Source: a virus
Taxonomy: Duplodnaviria; Caudoviricetes
Length of the DNA stretch: 34,069 nt
IMG/VR virus record: IMGVR_UViG_3300010334_000156
Span: 1 to 34,069 of that record
Strand: one strand, 5' to 3'
In this document: positions 1 through 11,078 of the stretch, piece after piece
Numbering within the stretch: the first letter of the stretch is position 1
Layout: each line of letters opens with the position of its first letter
The notes under the pieces: model-generated
The model's database searches: none
The model's input: the letters and a program-made list of their open reading frames with translations, nothing else
What the model was told of the DNA's origin: nothing
Position numbers and translations under genes: made by a program

Positions 1-453
1 AGAGCAGTAGGTAGAATTTATCAAGGATTGCAGAAAGAATTGTATCTAGGAAATCTTGATTCTCTTAGAGATTGGGGTTATGCTGGAGATTATGTTGAGG
101 CCATGTGGCTCATGTTGCAGCAAGAAACCCCGGATGATTATGTCATCGCTACAGGACAAATGATTTCTGTTAAAGAATTCTTGGTAAAAGCATTCGAATA
201 CGCAGGTCTAAAAAATTATCAAGATTATGTAAAAATTGATTCAAAGTATTTCAGACCAGCCGAAGTAGACCAATTGCTAGGTGATTCAACCAAAGCAAGA
301 AATGTTCTTGGATGGAATCCAAAAGTAAACATTGATGGTTTGGTAAAAATGATGGTCGATCATGACATGGCATTGGCCAGAGAAGAATTCATGATTCATC
401 ATATGACTAAAACAAAGATTGATCCAAAAAAGTATGAAATCAGTTATTCTTAA
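1..453 (+). CDS. gmd: GDP-mannose 4,6-dehydratase, C-terminal part (5' end outside window)
   Basis: Frame is open from base 1 ([52 protein letters not shown]...[17 protein letters not shown]); these are characteristic GMD C-terminal motifs. Overlaps the gp47 start by 20 nt. Confidence 0.93.
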   Translation, partial: RAVGRIYQGLQKELYLGNLDSLRDWGYAGDYVEAMWLMLQQETPDDYVIATGQMISVKEFLVKAFEYAGLKNYQDYVKIDSKYFRPAEVDQLLGDSTKARNVLGWNPKVNIDGLVKMMVDHDMALAREEFMIHHMTKTKIDPKKYEISYS

Positions 454-1480
454 CGACAGTCATTTTGGCTATAAAGCCGATTCTCCTATCGTATTGGAAT
501 ACTTTCTGTCCTTCTATGAAGGACAATTATTTCCTTATTTAAAAGAAAACAACATAAAAACCATCTTTCATTTGGGGGATGTTTTTGACCGAAGAAAGTA
601 TATAAACTTTAGAACACTTCAACAAGTTCGCACAAGGTTCTTTGAACCTCTCAGGGATATGGGAGTTAAGTGCATTGCCATCTGCGGTAACCATGACACG
701 TATTATCGCAACAACAACAATGTAAATTCATTGCAGGAATTGGTTGCGCCTTATCAGAACTGGGAAATTTATTCAGAGCCCACGGAGATTCAGACTTCAG
801 CCGGTTGTGTGGCTCTTGTACCGTGGATCAATCCAGAGAACGAATCTGCTTCTGCAAAGTTTATTTCTGAGACTACTTGTTCATTGATGTTGGGGCATCT
901 TGAACTGTGCGGCTTTCAAAGCATTCGAGGAATCTTTATAGATCAAGGATATGACCCAAAACATTTTGACAAATTTGAGTATGTTCTTACTGGGCATTAT
1001 CACATCAAGTCTAGCAGGGACAATATACATTACTTGGGTACACAATACCAAATGGCTTTCTCGGATGTTTGGGAGCCAAAAGGATTCCACGTTTTTGATT
1101 TCTCGGACAGGACGCTGGAATTTATCGAAAACCCTAGAAAACTTTTCTATACGTTTGACTATAACGAAGACGAACCAGAGAAACTCGACTATTCGAAGTT
1201 TAAAGATTGTTACGTCAAAATTTTTATCAAGAAGCGCACGAAAGGTCCGGCATTTGAAAAATACATGGATAAATTCTATGAAGCGGGTGTGGCAGAACTG
1301 GCTGTGACCGAAGAGGTTTCATCTAACCCAGAACTGGTTGCCGTAGATGTCCATAAAGACACCTTGGAACTATTGCATGAAGAGATTGGTACCATAGACG
1401 AGAAATCTATTGATAAACAGTTTCTTGCCAAGATCATAGATGAAGCATATAATTCTGCATTGTCAAAGGATGAAGAGTGA
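434..1480 (+). CDS. gp47: Recombination endonuclease subunit (Mre11/SbcD-like, T4 gp47)
   Basis: Metallophosphoesterase motifs [27 protein letters not shown]; precedes gp46. ATG at 434 is preferred to the track start at 419. Confidence 0.95.
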   Translation: MKSVILNDSHFGYKADSPIVLEYFLSFYEGQLFPYLKENNIKTIFHLGDVFDRRKYINFRTLQQVRTRFFEPLRDMGVKCIAICGNHDTYYRNNNNVNSLQELVAPYQNWEIYSEPTEIQTSAGCVALVPWINPENESASAKFISETTCSLMLGHLELCGFQSIRGIFIDQGYDPKHFDKFEYVLTGHYHIKSSRDNIHYLGTQYQMAFSDVWEPKGFHVFDFSDRTLEFIENPRKLFYTFDYNEDEPEKLDYSKFKDCYVKIFIKKRTKGPAFEKYMDKFYEAGVAELAVTEEVSSNPELVAVDVHKDTLELLHEEIGTIDEKSIDKQFLAKIIDEAYNSALSKDEE

Positions 1481-3198
1481 TTGAATTCTTAACTGTACGT
1501 TTTAAAAATTTTGGATCGTTTGGTAATAATTTTTCAGAAATTAACTTAAACAGCCATAAGACCACTTTGGTGACTGGAACTAACGGTCACGGAAAGTCTT
1601 TTGCTCTATTGGACTCTCTGTGCTTTGCTTTGTTTGGAAAACCATTTCGACCAATCAATATACCTCAACTGGTTAACACCGTAAACGGAAAGGGATGCCT
1701 TGTTGAACTTGAATTTAACAAGGCCGGATCACATTACTTGATTCGCCGTGGTCTATCTCCAAAGATCTTTGAGATTCATAAAAATGGAGAGATGTTGGAT
1801 CAAAATGCTAAATCCAAAGATTATCAGGAAATGTTTGAAGAGCAGATCCTAGGATTTGATTATTCTGCTTTCAAGCAAGTAGTAATCCTTGGAAAGTCAA
1901 ACTTTATTCCATTCATGCAGTTAACTCCAATGGAACGTCGAAAGATCATCGAGGGTCTTCTCAATCTCGACATCTTGGCTGATATGAATCAGTATGTCAA
2001 AGGACAACTTGGATCTTTAAAAGTTTCAATTGTTGAACATCAAAGTTTGTTAAAGATTGCTCATGAAAAGATTAAATCCCAAAAGGAATTTTTAGAGCAA
2101 GTAAAAAACAGCAATGATGATGATATAAAAGTCATTGTAGATCGTATTGCCGAATACAATAAACAGATAGATGGAGATAAAGAAGAACAAACAGCTCATT
2201 TAGAAAAGCATAAAACCCTTTCTGATGAAATAAAAAAGAACAACAAAAAGATTGAATCTCTAAAAGATGTTCCTGCAATGCTTATTAAAGCAGAAACCTT
2301 AAAAGCAACTTTGTTGGAAGAAATAAAAGCATTGGAGGAAAATGCAACCTGTAAATGTTGCTTACAAGTTCTTCCACCTGAACAAAAACAAAAGCATCTT
2401 CAAGAAAAACACAGAAAAGCAGAAGAATGCTTTGAGGCACTTAAAGTTGCAAGGAAAAAAGAAGTTGAGTTGGAAGAGTTTAAAAAAATAGCAATTAAAC
2501 TCGATGCTTCTTTAAAAATAATAATTGATGATATGCAAGGTTTGAATTATCGAATTGGAAATGCTGAATCCAACATAAAAGTTTTGGAGAAGGACAAGAA
2601 AGAAAAAGAAGCAGCCAGCAATCTTACTTCACTGTTAAATAGTCTTGAAACTTCAGAACAAAAGAAAAATGAAATCGCAAAGCAACTTGAAAAATTTATT
2701 TCAGAACAGATTCACTATGATGTGGTCTATGATATCCTCAAAGATGGCGGTCTTAAGAGCCGGATTATCAAGCATTATGTTCCCATCATCAATGGACTCG
2801 TCAACAAGTTCCTCGGAAAACTTAATCTCTATGTTGACTTCACCATCGATGAGGAATTCAAGGAAACAATCAAGTCCAGATACAGAGATGCATTCTCATA
2901 TTCCTCTTTCTCTGAGGGAGAGAAACAACGCATCGACTTGGCGATCCTGCTGACTTGGCGTGAAGTAGCCAAGATGAAGAATAGCCTTAATTGCAATCTA
3001 TTAATATTTGATGAAATTTTGGATTCATCATTGGATGCAAGTGGCACCGAATCATTTATGAAGATTCTTAACAAGATGAAGAACAAGTGTTCTATTTATA
3101 TCATAAGCCATAAAGCAGATTCATTGATTGATAAGTTTGATCAAACTTTGCAATTTGAAAAGAAAAATAATTTTTCTAAAATCAAAGTTCAGGTATAA
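1477..3198 (+). CDS. gp46: Recombination ATPase subunit (Rad50/SbcC-like, T4 gp46)
   Basis: Walker A GTNGHGKS, long coiled coil with CKCC hook, signature FSEGEKQRID, Walker B LIFDEILD, H-loop IISH; GTG start overlaps the gp47 stop. Confidence 0.96.
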   Translation: MIEFLTVRFKNFGSFGNNFSEINLNSHKTTLVTGTNGHGKSFALLDSLCFALFGKPFRPINIPQLVNTVNGKGCLVELEFNKAGSHYLIRRGLSPKIFEIHKNGEMLDQNAKSKDYQEMFEEQILGFDYSAFKQVVILGKSNFIPFMQLTPMERRKIIEGLLNLDILADMNQYVKGQLGSLKVSIVEHQSLLKIAHEKIKSQKEFLEQVKNSNDDDIKVIVDRIAEYNKQIDGDKEEQTAHLEKHKTLSDEIKKNNKKIESLKDVPAMLIKAETLKATLLEEIKALEENATCKCCLQVLPPEQKQKHLQEKHRKAEECFEALKVARKKEVELEEFKKIAIKLDASLKIIIDDMQGLNYRIGNAESNIKVLEKDKKEKEAASNLTSLLNSLETSEQKKNEIAKQLEKFISEQIHYDVVYDILKDGGLKSRIIKHYVPIINGLVNKFLGKLNLYVDFTIDEEFKETIKSRYRDAFSYSSFSEGEKQRIDLAILLTWREVAKMKNSLNCNLLIFDEILDSSLDASGTESFMKILNKMKNKCSIYIISHKADSLIDKFDQTLQFEKKNNFSKIKVQV

Positions 3199-3201
3199 AT
3201 A
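3194..3201 (+). promoter_or_regulatory. T4-type late promoter TATAAATA
   Basis: Exact gp55 consensus TATAAATA over the gp46 stop codon. Confidence 0.55.
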
Positions 3202-3204
3202 TAT

Positions 3205-3232
3205 TTGTATTCACGTAAATTGGAGATATAAT
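3205..3232 (+). promoter_or_regulatory. Sigma70-like (early) promoter, probably leaderless
   Basis: TTGTAT-16 bp-TATAAT, then 6 nt, then ATG at 3239. Confidence 0.65.
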
Positions 3233-3238
3233 AGAGCC

Positions 3239-3391
3239 ATGAATGAAGACAGCTTTGAAAAGTTTACCAATCGCCGCAAGAACAAGCCTACCGGCTTGAG
3301 TAAGAAACAGCAAAAGAGAAATGTTCGTGGTAATCGCCATGAGCAAAAACAGCAATTGAACGATAGTGTTTATCGTAAAGATTTTGAATAA
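3239..3391 (+). CDS. Small basic hypothetical protein (50 aa)
   Basis: MNEDSFEKFTNRRKNKPTGLSKKQQKRNVRGNRHEQKQQLNDSVYRKDFE fills the gp46-gp45 gap; the ATG is 6 nt after a TATAAT box. Confidence 0.65.
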   Translation: MNEDSFEKFTNRRKNKPTGLSKKQQKRNVRGNRHEQKQQLNDSVYRKDFE

Positions 3392-3408
3392 TTTACAGAA
3401 AGATTTAT

Positions 3409-4080
3409 ATGAGTACTGTGACAAAAATGCGTTTGAGCAAAGAAACCTATAGCATTCTCAAGAATTTTGCAGCCATCAATTCCAACATTCTGATTCAACC
3501 CGGAAACGTTTTGAAGACAGTTTCTGCGGGAAGAAATATCTATGTTGAGGCTAAAATTGCCGAAGAATTTGATGTTGATGTTCCCATATGGGATCTTAAT
3601 AAGTTTCTTGGTGTAATCAGTATGTTTGCGAATCCCGATCTGGAGTTCCACGATAATCATGTCGTAATCTCTAATGGTCGTTCAAGCGTCACTTATTATT
3701 ATTCTGAACCATCACTCCTGACAGTTCCAACCAAAGAACTGAAGATGCCAAAAAGTTCTACTAAATTTGATCTAGATGAAAAAGATTTGAACGAAATCCT
3801 CAAGGCAGCAAGTATTCTTCAGGTCAGTGATCTTCGTCTTGTTGGTGGTGATGGACAACTTGTTATCAGCGTAGATGATTCCAGTCAGAGCACCAGCAAC
3901 AGTTTTGAAATTGTTATTGATGAGAACTACACTGATAAGGATTTTGAAGGAACAATAAATGTTTCTGAAATCAAGTTTATTCCGGGTTCATACACTGTAG
4001 AACTCACTGATACTATTATTTCTAAGTTTACACACAAGAGTCTGGATCTTTCTTACTACATCGCTATCAAGCGGGGTTAA
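3409..4080 (+). CDS. gp45: Sliding clamp (T4 gp45)
   Basis: MRLSKETYSILKNFAAINSNI...IWDLNKFLGVI...YYIA pattern, about 220 aa, located before gp44. Confidence 0.93.
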   Translation: MSTVTKMRLSKETYSILKNFAAINSNILIQPGNVLKTVSAGRNIYVEAKIAEEFDVDVPIWDLNKFLGVISMFANPDLEFHDNHVVISNGRSSVTYYYSEPSLLTVPTKELKMPKSSTKFDLDEKDLNEILKAASILQVSDLRLVGGDGQLVISVDDSSQSTSNSFEIVIDENYTDKDFEGTINVSEIKFIPGSYTVELTDTIISKFTHKSLDLSYYIAIKRG

Positions 4081-4082
4081 AC

Positions 4083-5027
4083 GTGTCTGATGTGAATAAT
4101 CTACTTTGGGTCGAAAAGTATCGCCCCAAAACACTATCTGATTGCATTCTTCCAATCGATCTTACCAAGATCTTTCAGGGTATGATCAAGGAAGGTACAA
4201 TTCCAAATATGATGCTTTATGGCAAGGCGGGCACGGGCAAAACTACTGTTGCCCGTGCCCTTGCACGTGATTTGGGTGCCGATAGCATCATCATTAACTG
4301 CTCCGAAGAAAATGGTATTGATACTCTCAGAACAAAAATTCGTAATTATTGTTCAACAGTCTCACTTAATGGCGGACTAAAGATCGTCATCTTGGATGAG
4401 TTTGATTATGCAAACGCACAGTCAATTCAACCAGCATTGCGTGGAGCAATTGAAGAATTTGCAAATAATTGCAGATTTGTAATGACTTGCAACTATAAGA
4501 GTAGGATCATCGAGCCCCTTCACTCTCGTTGCACCGGTATTGACTTTACGGTTCCAAATAGTGAAAAGGCACAAGTTGCATCTGAAGTATTGAAGCGTAT
4601 TGAATTTATCTTAAACAGTGAAAAAGTTTCATATGACAAACAAGTATTGATTAATCTTGTCAAGAAGCATTTTCCTGATGTACGCCGAATCATCAACGAG
4701 TTGCAGAGATATTCTTCTTCTGGAAAGATTGATGTTGGAATCCTTGCACAGGGTAGCAGTGAATCCTATAAAGAACTATTGGGGTTCATGAAGGGTAAGG
4801 ACTTCGTAGGATGCCGTAAATGGGTTGTACAAAATTTGGATCTGAATACTGCTGATTTCTTCAAGCGTCTGTATACTGAACTATATACAGCGCTTAAACA
4901 GAATTCAATTCCACAGGCTATTCTGATTATTGCAGAGTATCAGTACAAGTCTGCATTTGCTGCAGACCAAGAGATCAATACCATGGCACTAATTGTACAA
5001 CTTATGATGGACTGTGAGTTTAACTGA
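4083..5027 (+). CDS. gp44: Clamp loader large subunit (T4 gp44, RFC-like AAA+)
   Basis: LWVEKYRPKT, Walker A GKAGTGKTT, Walker B ILDEFD, SRC motif LHSRC. Confidence 0.96.
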   Translation: MSDVNNLLWVEKYRPKTLSDCILPIDLTKIFQGMIKEGTIPNMMLYGKAGTGKTTVARALARDLGADSIIINCSEENGIDTLRTKIRNYCSTVSLNGGLKIVILDEFDYANAQSIQPALRGAIEEFANNCRFVMTCNYKSRIIEPLHSRCTGIDFTVPNSEKAQVASEVLKRIEFILNSEKVSYDKQVLINLVKKHFPDVRRIINELQRYSSSGKIDVGILAQGSSESYKELLGFMKGKDFVGCRKWVVQNLDLNTADFFKRLYTELYTALKQNSIPQAILIIAEYQYKSAFAADQEINTMALIVQLMMDCEFN

Positions 5028-5407
5028 TGAAACTTAAAGATTTCTTATCTAGTATCAATCACAATAAGACTCCACTTTTAGATAAAGACGAGGCCGATGC
5101 TCGTCTTTATCCTCCCTTTGTAGTAAATAGATGTCTATCATATTTTGCCGATACAATATTTCACGCAAATGAAATGAACTGTGCTCCTTGGTTGGACAAC
5201 AAAACGCAGTTTGATTTCTATAGAATTGGTGTTCGAAAAAAGAAAAGGTTTTCTCCTTGGCTTAAAAAGGAAACCGAGGATAATATTAAAGTAATTCAAG
5301 AAGTCTATGGATACTCAGAACAGAAGGCTAGAGAAGTACTAAATATATTGCGTCCCGAGGATCTTGAGATATTGAAAAAATCTCTTGAAACTGGCGGGAT
5401 AAAGTAA
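5027..5407 (+). CDS. gp62: Clamp loader small subunit (T4 gp62)
   Basis: YPPFVVNRCLS...ANEMN...RKKKRFSPWLK...YGYSEQKAREVL...GG; syntenic with gp44. Confidence 0.9.
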   Translation: MKLKDFLSSINHNKTPLLDKDEADARLYPPFVVNRCLSYFADTIFHANEMNCAPWLDNKTQFDFYRIGVRKKKRFSPWLKKETEDNIKVIQEVYGYSEQKAREVLNILRPEDLEILKKSLETGGIK

Positions 5408-5420
5408 ATAAGGATTGTGT

Positions 5421-5846
5421 ATGTCTGATGTATCTAATAGTATTTTTAAAGATGTTGGTGTCCATATAAAACTTTTTGACCCAGAAGATTTTATGGTAAT
5501 ACGTGAAACTCTTTCGCGTATCGGAGTTTCCCCCAAAGGAAAAAAAATTCTTTACCAATCATGTCATTTGATTCATAAAAATGATGTATATGTATTGGCT
5601 CACTTTAAAGAGTTGTTTGGATTAGATGGACTTCCTTCAAATATTACGGAAGAAGATTTAAAACGCAGAAATGCAATTGTAAAATTACTTGAAGAATGGG
5701 AACTTCTTGAAGTAGTTGATAAAGATAAAATTACCGACAGTATGCCTATCAGTGGGTTGAAGATCATAAAACACACTGAAAAGGAAGAATGGGAATTGAT
5801 TCCCAAATTTAATACAGGATCATTACGTAAATTTTTTAATTCATAA
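5421..5846 (+). CDS. regA: Translational repressor RegA
   Basis: DFMVIRETLSRIGV...LYQSCHLIHK...HFKELFGLDG...RRNAIVKLLEEW...WELIPKF; follows gp62. Confidence 0.93.
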   Translation: MSDVSNSIFKDVGVHIKLFDPEDFMVIRETLSRIGVSPKGKKILYQSCHLIHKNDVYVLAHFKELFGLDGLPSNITEEDLKRRNAIVKLLEEWELLEVVDKDKITDSMPISGLKIIKHTEKEEWELIPKFNTGSLRKFFNS

Positions 5847-5848
5847 GG

Positions 5849-7072
5849 ATGAGTATGCATAAACTTACATTGAGCATGATTGTAAAGAACGAGGCACCAA
5901 ATATTGAACGGTGCATTTCCTCTGTCGCACCTTTCATTGATTATTATGTTATCTGTGATACTGGATCCACAGATAACACCAAGGAAATAATCAAGAAATT
6001 CTTTGATGAAAAGGGAATCCCTGGTGAAATCCTAGACCATGAATGGAGTGACTTTGGAACCAATAGATCCAAGGCACTTGAAGCATGCCTCGGTAAGACC
6101 AAGTGGGCCATGATGATTGACGCAGATGATTTCATTGTTGGAACTCTTCCAGTAGATAACTTCGATGATTCTCTTGATGGTTATGTCGTAACCATCAAGC
6201 GTGGTGAATTCCATTGGTTACGCGCACAACTATTCAATGTAGCAAAGAAGAAGTGGTGGTATGAAGAGCCTCTTCACGAATATGCAATGTGCGAACAACC
6301 AATGAATGTACAAAAACTTGAAGGCGATTATGCATGGGAAGTTCGTACAGAAGGTTGCCGTGCTCGTGCTTCGTCAAATGATACTGAAAAGTATACAAAG
6401 GATTATTATACTCTAAAGAGTTATTTGGATAAGGATCCAAACCAACCAAGAAAACAATTTTATGCAGCACAGTCTGCTTTTGATGCACGTATGTATGAAG
6501 TTGCTGAAAAAGAATACTTGGCCAGAATTGCTCTTGGAGCATGGCATGAAGAGGTTTTCTTCTCTTGGATGCGGGTAGGAATGTGTCGAGAATTCCAAGG
6601 AAAGCCAGTTGAACAGATTGCAGATGCATTTATGATGGCATTTGAAACCGCTCCAAACAGAGTAGAGCCATTATACCATCTTTCATGCATCTATCGTAAG
6701 TATAATCGTCCAAGAAATGCATTCTTGGTAGCCTCTTTGGGTCTAACTATTCCTGTACCAGAAAATGATATTCTGTTCGTGGATAAAGCCAACTATACTT
6801 GGGGAATTTTTGATGAGATAGGAACCACGGCTTTCTATGCTGGACGACCACAAATTGGCCTAGGTGCTTGTGAAAAATTGTTAAAAGAATCTTATTTGCC
6901 ACCAGAACATCGTGAAAGAGTAGGAAATAACTACAAAATTTACGTTGAAGGGTTGCAAAAAATGCAGCAGGAAATGTTAGCAAAGCAACAAGAATGGTCT
7001 CAAAAAGTTATAAAAGAATCTAATAAAACTACGTTAAATATGAGTCCACAGGCTGCAACAGTGAAACTCTGA
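5849..7072 (+). CDS. Family 2 glycosyltransferase with C-terminal TPR-like helical domain
   Basis: LSMIVKNEAPNIERC...DTGSTDNT, DFGTNRSKAL, DxD motif IDADD, PLHE, followed by helical TPR-like repeats (FYAAQSAFD...AEKEY, APNRVEPLYHLSCIYR). Confidence 0.88.
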   Translation: MSMHKLTLSMIVKNEAPNIERCISSVAPFIDYYVICDTGSTDNTKEIIKKFFDEKGIPGEILDHEWSDFGTNRSKALEACLGKTKWAMMIDADDFIVGTLPVDNFDDSLDGYVVTIKRGEFHWLRAQLFNVAKKKWWYEEPLHEYAMCEQPMNVQKLEGDYAWEVRTEGCRARASSNDTEKYTKDYYTLKSYLDKDPNQPRKQFYAAQSAFDARMYEVAEKEYLARIALGAWHEEVFFSWMRVGMCREFQGKPVEQIADAFMMAFETAPNRVEPLYHLSCIYRKYNRPRNAFLVASLGLTIPVPENDILFVDKANYTWGIFDEIGTTAFYAGRPQIGLGACEKLLKESYLPPEHRERVGNNYKIYVEGLQKMQQEMLAKQQEWSQKVIKESNKTTLNMSPQAATVKL

Positions 7073-7086
7073 TAACTATTCTCTGT

Positions 7087-7094
7087 CCTAAATA
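7087..7094 (+). promoter_or_regulatory. Putative late promoter (CCTAAATA) at the head of the fibre cluster
   Basis: TAAATA core in the intergenic region, as before the other fibre genes. Confidence 0.5.
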
Positions 7095-7104
7095 TAGGAG
7101 AACC

Positions 7105-7132
7105 AATAATAGCCCTTAATAAGGCTATTATT
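7105..7132. other. Intergenic inverted repeat (stem-loop)
   Basis: AATAATAGCC (7105-7114), 8-nt loop, GGCTATTATT (7123-7132); just upstream of GGAG (7137-7140) and ATG 7148. Confidence 0.6.
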
Positions 7133-7147
7133 ATTTGGAGATCCTAG

Positions 7148-7546
7148 ATGTCTGATACTTTTAATCCAACCGCAGTAAAAGGTGATACGATTACCTTTAG
7201 TATGATTTTAAAAGGCGCAACCGGTGCATTATACAATTTTACCGGAACAACTTTATCCATGCAGGTCAGAAAAAGTTATCACCCAAGTGGATTGTTGACA
7301 TCTTATCAATTGTATGTTCCAGCAAATGCACCATATACTCCAGTAGATGGGGTTACCGGAGGTTTGGCTATAGATATAACACAAGGATTGATTTATGTGA
7401 CCATAGGATCGAGATATACATTATCATTTTCAGATTATGCTCCTTCATTCTATGACATACAAATGCAATATCCCAATAATGGTGGTGTAGTTACAATATT
7501 GCGTGGAAACATTGAAACCCTACCAGACGTAACACAAAACACTTAA
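7148..7546 (+). CDS. Putative virion structural adaptor (beta-sandwich, baseplate/fibre-attachment type)
   Basis: GDTITFSM...[14 protein letters not shown]...YDIQM...[14 protein letters not shown] resembles the Ig-like fibre-attachment modules of phages; first gene of the fibre cluster. Confidence 0.55.
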   Translation: MSDTFNPTAVKGDTITFSMILKGATGALYNFTGTTLSMQVRKSYHPSGLLTSYQLYVPANAPYTPVDGVTGGLAIDITQGLIYVTIGSRYTLSFSDYAPSFYDIQMQYPNNGGVVTILRGNIETLPDVTQNT

Positions 7547-7547
7547 T

Positions 7548-10500
7548 ATGTCAAGTTCAAGCAGAACAATAAATGTAACAGTAAACCCAACTCCTTATGC
7601 AGTACAAGGAGCACAAGGAAATACTGGTCCAATTGGCCCAACAGGAGCACAAGGAAATACAGGTTTAGGATTTCCTTTATTAAATTTTACTGGAACAATT
7701 GTAGTAAATTATGGTACTTCCAGTACAATTACCGTAGATCAGGCATTTGGAACAAATGCATATAATGTAAATCACACTGTAAAAATATATTTTCCATCTC
7801 TAAGTCGTTACATATATGGAACTATAACAAATTATGTTGGTTATTCTTTAACTATACTGCAAGTATCTGGTACTGCAGTAAATAGCACTTCAGCAAGTTC
7901 GGGAACCGTTATTTTTGATGCACTTGCATCTGATAGCGGAAATGCCACTCAAATTCAAATAAGCAATCAAGGTGTAGGTTCAACTCCAGTTTTTCCAGTA
8001 TTTGCAACAGGTACTGGAAGCCAGCCACTTTTGGTTGACAGTGGAACCGTAACTCCATTGAGATATATACCATCAAATGGAGCACTACAATTAAATTCAG
8101 TAAATTTAGTTGGTGTTACTTTAGGTGATTATACCGGACTAGTTTTACAAGCAACAGAAATAAGTGCAACTGGATATTTTTATTTTAAAGCAAATACTGG
8201 AATATATCTGCAAGATGCAAATTATATTCAAATTGGAGATGTTCAGGGAGTATGCAGCGGTACAGTTTTAGAGGTTTTGGGTAATCCGAGTCTCAATAAA
8301 ATACAATTAAGAAATTTTCAAACTAATACCGACACCCATCTTTCTGTAAATAGAAATACAAATTCATCTCAAATATATGCACTTGAAATAAATCAATCTT
8401 CCGGGCAGTCTATAAAATTAATAAACAATGATATACTTGGAGGAAGTCCCACAAACACAACAACATTTGATGTGTCTACTGGTGGAAATTTAATAATTGC
8501 TCCTAGCGGTGGGAAGGTTTTTGCTTCTGGAGATTTAAATGTAAGTGGAACTTATTATGGAAATGTTATACAAAAAGTAAATGGACTTACGGGACAAATT
8601 ACTTTTGTTGCTGGCACCAATACTGGTATAACAATTTCAGGAAATAATATTACAATATCTTCCACGGGATTGACTGCTGGCGTGTCATCTTTGAATGGTC
8701 TTAGCGGCGCAGTTGTATTGGTAGCAGGATCGAATACTGGAATTTCTCTTTCTGGAAACAATATAACTATTTCTTCTTCTGGTGGAGTAGGATCTACAGG
8801 AGCCACAGGAGCAACAGGTCCGCAAGGAAATACAGGAAACACAGGAGGAACTGGTCCAGAGGGTATTCAGGGTATCCAAGGTACCACTGGTAACACTGGT
8901 GCTACTGGAAACACAGGAGGAACTGGTCCTCAGGGTTCTCAAGGTCCTCAGGGAAATACTGGTAACACTGGTGCTACCGGAAACACTGGTGGAACTGGTC
9001 CACAAGGTCCTCAGGGTATCCAAGGTACCACTGGAAATACTGGTCCTACCGGAAACACAGGAGGAACTGGTCCACAAGGTCCTCAGGGTATCCAAGGTAC
9101 CACTGGTAACACCGGAGGTACGGGCGGCACTGGTCCGCAGGGTATTCAGGGAAACACTGGAGCAACTGGTGGAACGGGCCCACAAGGACCCACAGGCAAT
9201 ACCGGAGATGTTTATAAATCTACATCTACCAGTTCCATAACTTTAGGCTCTCTTAGTATAGGAAATTCAGTATTTTTGACTGTTCCTTCTGGTCTTGCTT
9301 ACAGTAAAGTTCAAAGCCTATTGGTGGCCGCTAGCATTACTCAATATTTTAATGGAACGCTTGTAAGTTATGTTGGTACGGGGTTAACACTATCTGTTAC
9401 TGGTGTTACTGGAACTGGAACACCAAACAACTGGGATGTAAATCTGGCCGGTGCTGTTGGACAAGCAGGTGCTCAAGGACCAAAAGGAAATACAGGAGCA
9501 GATTCTACTGTACCTGGACCAACAGGAAATACTGGTGCAACAGGAGCAACTGGTGCCCCCGGTACTACTGGTAATACAGGTGGCACCGGTCCTCAAGGAA
9601 TTCAAGGTATCCAAGGAAATACTGGAGCAACTGGCTCAACTGGTGGAACTGGACCACAGGGTATACAAGGAATTCAAGGAATTCAAGGAAATACTGGAAA
9701 CACTGGAGGAACAGGCCCAGCCGGACCCACCAGTGGGGTATGGTCTTGGAATGGATTGACTGGCGATCTTCAAGGTGTTTGCACAATTAATGGTGCAACC
9801 GGTGTTATTATAAATGTTGCAAAAACAGATCTTGCAAACAATTTTACACTTCTCAATACTTTTGGTGCTGGAATTTCCACTGCGGGCATAACAACCGGTA
9901 GTGATATAATTTTACAAAATGGTGAAATTATAAGAAATTCTACAAATGGTAGAGTAGATATTCTTCCCGGCCCATCTGCATCAAGTGGTATAACACAATT
10001 TGGAATAGGAATAGATACAACTACTTGGGGATTTGGACCTATTCTAAACGTTAGAAGTTTTACTGGTGGTGCCGCATCTACTAGTACTGCAATTCGTGTT
10101 GATAATCCAATTACATTGAACGATTTGATTCCAATAAATTTTGGTTCGAATGCTCAATATTCAATAAATAAAGTATTATACAATTCTGGCACCCCTATAT
10201 ATGGGACTGTACAACTTTCTACAAATGTTACTACTGGGCAGAATAGTGGTGCATTTGCTTTAATAAGCAGTGATGGAATTAATCAGCAAAAAAGAACTCC
10301 CGGAGTAACTCACAGCAATCCAAATCTTTATATCTATTCAAAAGGAACTTCAAACAGCACAGACTATATAAGATTTGAACATGGCGGATCTATATCTGGT
10401 GCTCAGATAATATCCGGAGGAACAACTGGAATAAGTATACAGCCGGGATCGGGTGTATTGGGTGTCTGTGGTAGTATACTTGCATCTGGAATTTCTTCAC

Positions 10501-11060
10501 CTAATGTAGTTTACAGCGTAAACAGTCAAACAGGTTCTGTTACAAATATTGCGCAAACAGATGCACAAAATACATTTACACTAGTAAATACATTCAGTCA
10601 ACCACCAAATTTTAACCAAGGATTCAATGTCGTCAATTCTGGTCCCGCTACATTTGGTGGTTTGTCGGCTGATATGAATTACAATACAGTGTATAGAACT
10701 ACACTTCAGGCTTATTATGAACCTTATATAAGTCCCAGTATTGTTAGTAATTCTTTGACTTTAGATTTATCGCAGGCTCAAGTTTTCGTGGTAACTCTAA
10801 CTAACACAATCAATAGCATAACAATTCAATCATTACCAGCAATTTCTGGATCAGTTAGATCAACAGGATTTACATTAATTATAAAAGCAAATACTCCAAA
10901 TCAAACTATAAATTGGGCAAATATTACTAATATTAAATGGCCTAATGGTACTCCTCCAACAAATATGAGTCTTAATACAACGGATATATATTCTTTCATA
11001 AATTTGGGAGATTCAACCTGGTTGGGATTTGTTGGTGGTCGTGGATACGCATACACTTGA
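7548..11060 (+). CDS. Collagen-like tail/virion fibre protein (1170 aa)
   Basis: G-X-T/G-X-Q tracts (about 48 triplets at 8781-9212 plus others), VxSxNGxTG fibre repeats, C-terminal beta domain ([10 protein letters not shown]...DIYSF...TWLG). Confidence 0.85.
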   Translation: MSSSSRTINVTVNPTPYAVQGAQGNTGPIGPTGAQGNTGLGFPLLNFTGTIVVNYGTSSTITVDQAFGTNAYNVNHTVKIYFPSLSRYIYGTITNYVGYSLTILQVSGTAVNSTSASSGTVIFDALASDSGNATQIQISNQGVGSTPVFPVFATGTGSQPLLVDSGTVTPLRYIPSNGALQLNSVNLVGVTLGDYTGLVLQATEISATGYFYFKANTGIYLQDANYIQIGDVQGVCSGTVLEVLGNPSLNKIQLRNFQTNTDTHLSVNRNTNSSQIYALEINQSSGQSIKLINNDILGGSPTNTTTFDVSTGGNLIIAPSGGKVFASGDLNVSGTYYGNVIQKVNGLTGQITFVAGTNTGITISGNNITISSTGLTAGVSSLNGLSGAVVLVAGSNTGISLSGNNITISSSGGVGSTGATGATGPQGNTGNTGGTGPEGIQGIQGTTGNTGATGNTGGTGPQGSQGPQGNTGNTGATGNTGGTGPQGPQGIQGTTGNTGPTGNTGGTGPQGPQGIQGTTGNTGGTGGTGPQGIQGNTGATGGTGPQGPTGNTGDVYKSTSTSSITLGSLSIGNSVFLTVPSGLAYSKVQSLLVAASITQYFNGTLVSYVGTGLTLSVTGVTGTGTPNNWDVNLAGAVGQAGAQGPKGNTGADSTVPGPTGNTGATGATGAPGTTGNTGGTGPQGIQGIQGNTGATGSTGGTGPQGIQGIQGIQGNTGNTGGTGPAGPTSGVWSWNGLTGDLQGVCTINGATGVIINVAKTDLANNFTLLNTFGAGISTAGITTGSDIILQNGEIIRNSTNGRVDILPGPSASSGITQFGIGIDTTTWGFGPILNVRSFTGGAASTSTAIRVDNPITLNDLIPINFGSNAQYSINKVLYNSGTPIYGTVQLSTNVTTGQNSGAFALISSDGINQQKRTPGVTHSNPNLYIYSKGTSNSTDYIRFEHGGSISGAQIISGGTTGISIQPGSGVLGVCGSILASGISSPNVVYSVNSQTGSVTNIAQTDAQNTFTLVNTFSQPPNFNQGFNVVNSGPATFGGLSADMNYNTVYRTTLQAYYEPYISPSIVSNSLTLDLSQAQVFVVTLTNTINSITIQSLPAISGSVRSTGFTLIIKANTPNQTINWANITNIKWPNGTPPTNMSLNTTDIYSFINLGDSTWLGFVGGRGYAYT

Positions 11061-11063
11061 TAA

Positions 11064-11071
11064 CATAAATA
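11064..11071 (+). promoter_or_regulatory. Late promoter (CATAAATA)
   Basis: One mismatch to TATAAATA, 7 nt before ATG 11079. Confidence 0.65.
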
Positions 11072-11078
11072 TATTCAC

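Noticed and set aside
5849-7072. Glycosyltransferase as a T4-like DNA glucosyltransferase
   Set aside because: It has a GT2 (GT-A) DxD pattern plus TPR-like repeats, unlike the GT-B T4 alpha/beta-glucosyltransferases, and no hydroxymethylase is visible; not fully excluded.
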